Source: a bacterium (lineage in GTDB: Bacteria; Patescibacteriota; Saccharimonadia; UBA4664; JBBRNT01). From it: a stretch of 64,000 nucleotides of DNA. The stretch is taken from positions 4,242-68,241 of the forward strand of contig JAYUFZ010000008.1 in NCBI GenBank assembly GCA_043767845.1. The letters run 5' to 3'. The stretch's first letter is position 1; every line of letters starts with the position of its first letter. Below the pieces are notes generated by a model that had not been told where the DNA came from, searched no databases, and was given only the letters and a program-made list of their open reading frames with translations. Below, in pieces: positions 58,805 to 64,000 of this stretch. The position numbers and the translations under genes were made by a program.

Positions 58805-58869
58805 TATTTCTTGACGTTGACTTTGATTCGTCTCGCGCCGCGTGATAGATTCTTGACTACTACAGTCAT
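58804..58869 (-). CDS. Unannotated 21-aa basic microprotein MTVVVKNLSRGARRIKVNVKK
   Basis: ATG 2 nt after the rsmH stop, preceded by AAAGGAG 5 nt upstream; in-frame TAG. Confidence 0.5.
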   Translation of the reverse strand: MTVVVKNLSRGARRIKVNVKK

Positions 58870-58871
58870 CG

Positions 58872-59804
58872 CTACTCCTTTGTTTTTGGTTTTAGTTTTA
58901 CGACGGCCCTGAGCGTTGCACTCCGAGCGCGCGGGTTAAAAACATCATTATCTTTGCCCAAGATCGGTTTTTTGGTAATCCTAGCCAGTGTTGCCAGGTG
59001 GTCGCAGGTGCAAACCGGTTGTTTGGGCGGGCAAATACAGTCCTTACTTTCTCGTTCAATAAATTGCTTCACGATCCGGTCTTCAAGTGAATGGAAGCTG
59101 ATAACTGCTAGTCGCCCGTCAGTGTCGAGTAACTCGACAAGCAGGGGGAGAACTTTGGCTAATACTTCCAACTCACGGTTAACCGCTATGCGGATACCCT
59201 GAAAACTGCGTGTGGCGGGGTCGATGTCCCCGCTACGGCCCACTACGCCCCGGATCGTCGCGGCCAGCGCGGCGGTGGAGGCGAAGGGTCGTCCGGCTAC
59301 TATCGCCCTGGCAACTGCCCTTGATTTGCGCTCTTCCCCGTATTCATAGATTACCTGGGCAAGCTGGGTCTCGGGCCAATTATTGACTACTTCGTCGGCA
59401 CTCAGTTCACTCCGCGTGTTCATACGCATGTCGAGCGGACCATCGTGCTTAAACGAAAAGCCTCGAACTGGGTTGTCAATTTGTGGTGAAGATACACCGA
59501 GATCGAGTAAGATCAGGTCAAATTGCGCGCCTTCATCGACTAACCCCTGCGCCGCTTCCAAGAAATTTGCTTGGATAAGTCGGGCCTTAGGGAAAAGCTT
59601 AGAAAGGCTTGCGATTGCCTCTGGATCTTGATCGATCAATACTGTTTCGGCCTCCGCCTGAGTTCTTGCTAAGATCTCAAGTGCGTGTCCACCGAAGCCG
59701 GCTGTTCCGTCGAGATAGCGCTGTCCTATTTTTGGATCTAATACGTCTATAACCTCTTGGAGCAGAACCGGGATATGTTTGTGGTGATTGTTTTTGTTTT
59801 TCAT
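58872..59804 (-). CDS. rsmH: 16S rRNA m4C1402 methyltransferase
   Basis: HIPVLL.E, DGTAGFGGH, DLGVSSPQ, GPLDMRM, ISFHSLEDRIVK, NPRARSA motifs. Confidence 0.97.
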   Translation of the reverse strand: MKNKNNHHKHIPVLLQEVIDVLDPKIGQRYLDGTAGFGGHALEILARTQAEAETVLIDQDPEAIASLSKLFPKARLIQANFLEAAQGLVDEGAQFDLILLDLGVSSPQIDNPVRGFSFKHDGPLDMRMNTRSELSADEVVNNWPETQLAQVIYEYGEERKSRAVARAIVAGRPFASTAALAATIRGVVGRSGDIDPATRSFQGIRIAVNRELEVLAKVLPLLVELLDTDGRLAVISFHSLEDRIVKQFIERESKDCICPPKQPVCTCDHLATLARITKKPILGKDNDVFNPRARSATLRAVVKLKPKTKE

Positions 59805-59815
59805 TTCAAGGTCAC

Positions 59816-60088
59816 CTATTTAGCAGCCAGCTTTTTGTTTGATAATTTTTGTTTTTTGTTTTACCGGCACTTCTGACGTGTGATCAGAAGTGAAAGTGGA
59901 GTTTGTGGCAAGGAATTAGGTTATAATTCCTTGTTTGGGTCCCACGCTTAAGGCGGGACGAACGTTTTTGTGAGGTGGAGTTTTTGTGACTAAGGTACAA
60001 GGGCTGGTTAAAGCGTGCCCCGCTGGTACCGCTGTGCTGACTGCCAAATAGCTGCTTTGAAATGGTTGATTACAAGTTTTCAATGTAC
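59816..60088 (-). ncRNA. Candidate multibranched structured RNA between mraZ and rsmH
   Basis: boxA-like GTACATTGAAAACT, 16-bp closing stem with G-U pairs on the minus strand, four internal hairpins, two AAACTCCAC motifs. Confidence 0.6.
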
Positions 60089-60126
60089 CAAAAATTTACG
60101 ATTGGACTGCGCGCCTACCAGTAGAG

Positions 60127-60486
60127 TTACTCTTTGGCGCTGAGGCGCCAGTATTCTCCTGCTCGGACGGCTACAATGTCTTTTTCGATACCGGCGTAAC
60201 TCAACAAGTGCTGCTCAAGGGTGATGCGGCCTTGTTTGGAGTCCATGTTCGCTATAGTCTTACCCGTACGGAAACGTACGTTTAAGTCAGCGATTCGCTC
60301 ATCGAGGATGTCTCCTTTGAGCGCGCTTTCCATGCGCTCATTCCAGACCCCTTCGGTGTAGCAGTGAAGGTACTTGCCAAACCCTCTAGTGATGATGACG
60401 CTACCCGCTTGGAATTCATGACGCAGTTCGGCTGGGATGGTTAGCCGGTTTTTGTCGTCTAGTTTTCTTTCGAAGTAGTCGGTCAT
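60127..60486 (-). CDS. mraZ: Transcriptional regulator MraZ
   Basis: LDDKNRLTIPAELR, ITRG, MDSKQGRI motifs; first gene of the dcw cluster. Confidence 0.93.
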   Translation of the reverse strand: MTDYFERKLDDKNRLTIPAELRHEFQAGSVIITRGFGKYLHCYTEGVWNERMESALKGDILDERIADLNVRFRTGKTIANMDSKQGRITLEQHLLSYAGIEKDIVAVRAGEYWRLSAKE

Positions 60487-60561
60487 TTTTTGCTGCAGTC
60501 AGATTTTTGTGACTGCATCCTTAGACTTTTATGGTTTGTGTTTTGCCCTCTCACTGAACTC

Positions 60562-60616
60562 AGTATACTACCCACTTCTACCCACACGCAATAGTATTTT
60601 TGTAGAATTAACCCAC
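60562..60616 (-). promoter_or_regulatory. dcw promoter with MraZ-type GTGGG repeats
   Basis: TTGCGT-18-TATACT with two GTGGGT repeats 10 bp apart in the spacer and a third upstream. Confidence 0.75.
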
Positions 60617-60729
60617 ATTCTCAAAAATACAAATAACGGCTTTCTCAAGCCGTTATTTGATACCCTATTGTCGACTAACCGGCTGGGCGAATGGCCCGCT
60701 TAGGAGCGATCAACTCCACAGCCTACCGA

Positions 60730-60738
60730 TTATCCACA
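60730..60738 (+). promoter_or_regulatory. Consensus DnaA box
   Basis: TTATCCACA about 140 bp upstream of the mraZ promoter. Confidence 0.5.
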
Positions 60739-60901
60739 GTGTACTAGCGAGGACCCGAAACGAAAAACAACCTTTGTACACTTTCATCATACCGAACGTA
60801 TACCAAACATGCAAGCCTAATATTATTGACAAATCAAAGCACTTATGCTAATATGTTCCATTCCCTGAGAAACACTCAGGGTCGTTCCCGAAGGACATCC
60901 T

Positions 60902-61213
60902 ATGAAGACCGCAGCCCCGACCATGCGCTTCACCAACTCGTCTGCTCTGCTGAGCTACGCCGACACCGACCTCATCGGCTTCGACTTCGATGCTACTACC
61001 CTGACCCTCTCCGTCCACGACGGAATCGACCCTGACCTGTTGGCCGACGAGCAGTACCTGGCCTGTGGACCACGAATCTTCGACCCCTTCTCCGCACCGC
61101 CGGCCAGCACGACACGCCCACGGACGACTCGTCTGCTCGCCGCACCGCTCAACCCCGACCTCTGCCTCAAGGCCCGCTACTTCGGCCGCAACCCAGCGGG
61201 CTACGCGGCCTAG
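60902..61213 (+). CDS. Orphan hypothetical protein
   Basis: TTGACA-17-TAATAT promoter, AAGGA SD, terminator near 61303-61350. Confidence 0.55.
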   Translation: MKTAAPTMRFTNSSALLSYADTDLIGFDFDATTLTLSVHDGIDPDLLADEQYLACGPRIFDPFSAPPASTTRPRTTRLLAAPLNPDLCLKARYFGRNPAGYAA

Positions 61214-61302
61214 CCGCGCGCTTACTAAGCACCCAGTACCAAGCTGTACCTTCGACGAACTTTCCACAGCACCTGCCACGCACATTGTCCAACAAGCACT
61301 TT

Positions 61303-61350
61303 GGCCCCGGCCTCTCTCCATTACAGGAAAGAGCCGGGGTTAGTTTTTTT
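61303..61350 (+). terminator. Intrinsic terminator
   Basis: GCCCCGGCCTCTCTCC..GGAAAGAGCCGGGGT plus T run. Confidence 0.75.
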
Positions 61351-61445
61351 ACTCACCAACTCTCGGTACAAATATTGACATTGGTGCTTTTTGGTGCTAT
61401 TATAATCCGGTTCTTGTCCTTTGACCTCAACGCCTAGGAGTTGCA

Positions 61446-61982
61446 GTGCCACATCTCCCCCGCTACATGCCGAGTCCCGAAATAGCGCTCATGGCCGCGG
61501 CTGTCGTCGTTGCCCTGGTTGGTACCATCTACCGCACTGTCTCCATCAAGGGGGCGACCTATCGACGGCAAATATCGGCTGTATTCGTTGCTGTCCCAAT
61601 CGGCTTGATGCTGGCCTTGGCCGTCACGGCCCAGCTGGGTAGCGTCGGACTTACTACAAATAGTGTAGCTCCGCAGACCGCGAGCAAAAGTACTGTAGTA
61701 CTCAAAGCCACGCACATCGATTCCCAGATCTATGGGATGAATATCCCGTTGTACGCGCTGCAGGGTATCGAAACCAGCACTCCGCCCAACCCTGTCGACA
61801 CCTGCCGCTTGGCAATCCTCGACAGCGTCCTCCCAGAGGAAAGCATTTTCAGGATCACAGAGGCCCAGGCTAAGACGATCTGCGGCCCGAAGATCTGGAG
61901 CGACTTGCAGCCTTGCTACGCCCCAGGCCCGATCTTCGACGCCGCCATCACCGGCGACACTACCCGACCCGACTGTGCCTAG
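61446..61982 (+). CDS. Orphan 2-TM protein with Cys-containing extracellular domain
   Basis: TTGACA-17-TATTAT promoter, AGGAG SD, GTG start. Confidence 0.65.
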   Translation: MPHLPRYMPSPEIALMAAAVVVALVGTIYRTVSIKGATYRRQISAVFVAVPIGLMLALAVTAQLGSVGLTTNSVAPQTASKSTVVLKATHIDSQIYGMNIPLYALQGIETSTPPNPVDTCRLAILDSVLPEESIFRITEAQAKTICGPKIWSDLQPCYAPGPIFDAAITGDTTRPDCA

Positions 61983-61989
61983 GAGAATT

Positions 61990-62370
61990 GTGGATATATT
62001 CCAACGCATTGGTAACGAACCGCTGATCGTCATTGCGATCATCTGTTTGCTCGCAGTCCTCAGCTACTTGAAGATCGCAGCAAACGGCCCGATCACCAAA
62101 TGGCTCGATGGCTACTTCCTCGGCCTCTTCCTCCTACCTGTGATGATAGCTACCGTGTCGCTAACCGGGGTCATGGTCAACGTGACACATCGCATCGACC
62201 AGCAGCGTCTCGACCAGGTCAATCAAGACCGCATCGACAAAGCGCTGATTGCCGATTACATCAAACTGGCCGACACTATCAAGACTGGCGCCGAGCCTGC
62301 CAACACCCGCCCACTCCGGCCAATGACCGACTCGCCGGCCTACAAAAAGGCCGCAGGGATCCAACCCTGA
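61990..62370 (+). CDS. Orphan 2-TM protein
   Basis: AGGAG then GTG at 61990; two hydrophobic helices; terminator GAGACCCC-TTCG-GGGGTCTC follows. Confidence 0.65.
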   Translation: MDIFQRIGNEPLIVIAIICLLAVLSYLKIAANGPITKWLDGYFLGLFLLPVMIATVSLTGVMVNVTHRIDQQRLDQVNQDRIDKALIADYIKLADTIKTGAEPANTRPLRPMTDSPAYKKAAGIQP

Positions 62371-62388
62371 CCCCCGAAGCGCTCAACT

Positions 62389-62411
62389 GAGACCCCTTCG
62401 GGGGTCTCTTC
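62389..62411 (+). terminator. Terminator with UUCG tetraloop
   Basis: GAGACCCC-TTCG-GGGGTCTC. Confidence 0.8.
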
Positions 62412-62459
62412 ATTTCTACATATGAGTCGGCACAAGCTATACTCCATAGAGGAGGTTCC

Positions 62460-62981
62460 ATGCATCTAATTACCACTTTCGATCAAAAAATTATCAAATT
62501 CGTCCAATCTTTTCAGCTCATATGGTTTGGCAAACTAATGGCGGCATCGACTTTTGCCGGTAACGGCCCAACCTTAGCCGTGCTTGGGTTGGGAGTCGGC
62601 AGTTATTCGTATTTCACCGGCAATACCGCAGCACCTAAACAGTTTGCCGCGGTACTAGCACTGATACTCGGCTACAACGCCATCAAAATATTCTTTCGTC
62701 GTAAACGTCCGGAAAATGCCTATTCGGCGCTCATTAAGTCATCAAGCTTTCCGAGCGGCCATAGCGCAGGCTCGGCTACGGCTTATGGATACATGGCCTA
62801 CATACTAGCGAACCGATCTTCCGCAGGATTAGGCCTCCTGCTGCTGGCAATTGGTGCGCTTATCTCCTTGCTGATTGGCATTTCCAGGGTATATTTAGGA
62901 GCCCACTACCCTAGCGATGTCGTAGCCGGCTGGCTACTGGGACTTACAGGCCTTTTGGCTGTTATCCGTTTTTTGGGCTAG
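62460..62981 (+). CDS. PAP2 family phosphatase (undecaprenyl-PP phosphatase-like)
   Basis: K.....R.RP, SFPSGH, SRVYLGAHYPSDV motifs. Confidence 0.93.
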   Translation: MHLITTFDQKIIKFVQSFQLIWFGKLMAASTFAGNGPTLAVLGLGVGSYSYFTGNTAAPKQFAAVLALILGYNAIKIFFRRKRPENAYSALIKSSSFPSGHSAGSATAYGYMAYILANRSSAGLGLLLLAIGALISLLIGISRVYLGAHYPSDVVAGWLLGLTGLLAVIRFLG

Positions 62982-63506
62982 CTACGGCTTGGTAGTTGAT
63001 AGGTCGGCACTTTTTACGTAAGCATCATTCACTAATACGTATTCTGGCATATAGCCACCGGGCTGGCAGTAGGAGCTCAGTTGTTGGCCGTAGGCGAAAG
63101 TAATGACTGGCGTCCATTGGTTTGGAGCTTTGTAGGAACCTGCCGTGCCATTCTTATTCGATACCCAGACAGTGACATTGGCCTGCCCAGTACAGTCTGC
63201 GGCCTTGTAGGGTGTAACATTTGGCTTCGGGGTTGGGACGGGGGTGGGCGCCTTAGTAGGGACCGGCGTAGGCGTCGCGGTGGCTACTGGAGTGGCGGTT
63301 GGCGTGACATTTGGCGCCGGGGTAGGCGTCTTTTTCTTGGGCGTAGCTGTATTCGCGCTTTGCTCTATGGCCAACGCTTTCTTGTTATCGCTGGCTTGCT
63401 TGGAGCGGACCGCGGCGTAAGCACCGACGCTCAGGACAAGGCCGACGAGCATTATGACTAATATGAGCGCAAAGCCGGACTGATTGTTATTAGTTGTGCG
63501 AGCCAT
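62982..63506 (-). CDS. Surface protein with prepilin-like N-terminus and PT-rich linker
   Basis: NNQSG|FALILVIMLV.. leader; TPTP repeats; small two-Cys C-terminal domain. Confidence 0.7.
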   Translation of the reverse strand: MARTTNNNQSGFALILVIMLVGLVLSVGAYAAVRSKQASDNKKALAIEQSANTATPKKKTPTPAPNVTPTATPVATATPTPVPTKAPTPVPTPKPNVTPYKAADCTGQANVTVWVSNKNGTAGSYKAPNQWTPVITFAYGQQLSSYCQPGGYMPEYVLVNDAYVKSADLSTTKP

Positions 63507-63689
63507 AATTTTCTTCTTTAATTCTTATGGTTGTATTGTGCGCCTCCTGCCATATTTGTCAAGATTGCTCCGGCCAATACCGAAAGTATACAAAATTCTT
63601 CCTTATTTCGATAATGCGGCGTATGCTGGTGAGGGAATTTTGGCTTCGCTATAGCAGTATTGGCCCGTCGACCGAGACGAGGAACATGT

Positions 63690-64000
63690 ATGACAATGGA
63701 TAAGCTAGTAGCCTACGACCATAAGGTTATCGCCCGTATCGAATGCCGGGATCACGCGGCTTGGCTCAACAAGCTCATGAGACTTTCGACCAGAGCCGGC
63801 AGCACCTTCACACTCGGCCCGCTGTGCACCGGTCTATGGCTGCTGTTTACCTTGGTGCATAATGTCGCACTCGCCCGAGCTTATGCAGTGGTGATAGTAG
63901 TAATGATTTGCTACAACGCCTTCAAGACCTGCTTCCGGCGCCAACGTCCACAGAACGCCTACTCGGCCGGCATGAAGTCATCTAGCTTTCCTAGCGGACA
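63690..64000 (+). CDS. Second PAP2 phosphatase, truncated by the window end
   Basis: Manual translation MTMDKLVAYDHKVI..YNAFKTCFRRQRPQNAYSAGMKSSSFPSG; paralog of 62460..62981. Confidence 0.88.
   Translation, partial: MTMDKLVAYDHKVIARIECRDHAAWLNKLMRLSTRAGSTFTLGPLCTGLWLLFTLVHNVALARAYAVVIVVMICYNAFKTCFRRQRPQNAYSAGMKSSSFPSG

Noticed and set aside
58741-60088. dcw intergenic structures as RNase P, SRP, 6S or tmRNA
   Set aside because: No GAGGAAAGUCC, no SRP domain IV motif, not a single rod, and no tRNA-like ends.
60848-62042. Minus-strand ORFs 60848..61321 and 61434..62042
   Set aside because: Promoters, SDs and terminators all support the plus-strand ORFs.
1-64000. CRISPR array, rRNA, integrase/transposase, reverse transcriptase or DGR
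   Set aside because: No regularly spaced repeat-spacer array and no recognisable motifs for these genes were seen.

Overview
This is a segment of a small-genome bacterium that looks like Patescibacteria/CPR, most plausibly Saccharibacteria-like. That placement is inferred from gene content: a truncated dcw cluster, a PEGA protein, a sortase, DUF3048, a sigma-r4/HARE-HTH protein, a TraD-like ATPase and many apparently leaderless genes. TGA is used as a stop codon, so the standard code applies. Core genes are queA, mreB, gltX, scpA/B, rluB, der, pth, dprA, topA, a class A PBP, and mraZ-rsmH-ftsL-ftsI-mraY-ftsW-murG-ftsQ. There are two tRNAs (Leu-CAA, Glu-CTC), a 1707-aa surface protein with Cys-stapled propellers, a glycosylation cluster, three histidine kinases and two receiver proteins. 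No CRISPR array, rRNA, integrase or transposase was seen. The most unusual signals are non-coding or architectural. (1) A ~270-nt multibranched RNA-like element between mraZ and rsmH, led by a boxA-like sequence and closed by a 16-bp long-range stem. (2) A second boxA-led, promoter- and terminator-bounded ~230-nt candidate ncRNA between pth and dprA. (3) An unannotated 21-aa basic ORF plus a long hairpin between rsmH and ftsL. (4) Self-contained orphan-gene cassettes (sigma70 promoter, boxA-like leader, usually an SD, own terminator); two of them, beside tRNA-Glu, end in the same 48-bp hairpin and one encodes a deoxyribosyltransferase-like/Nudix fusion. (5) A dif-like site next to an 18-bp inverted repeat. 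All functional interpretations are by eye and need computational confirmation.
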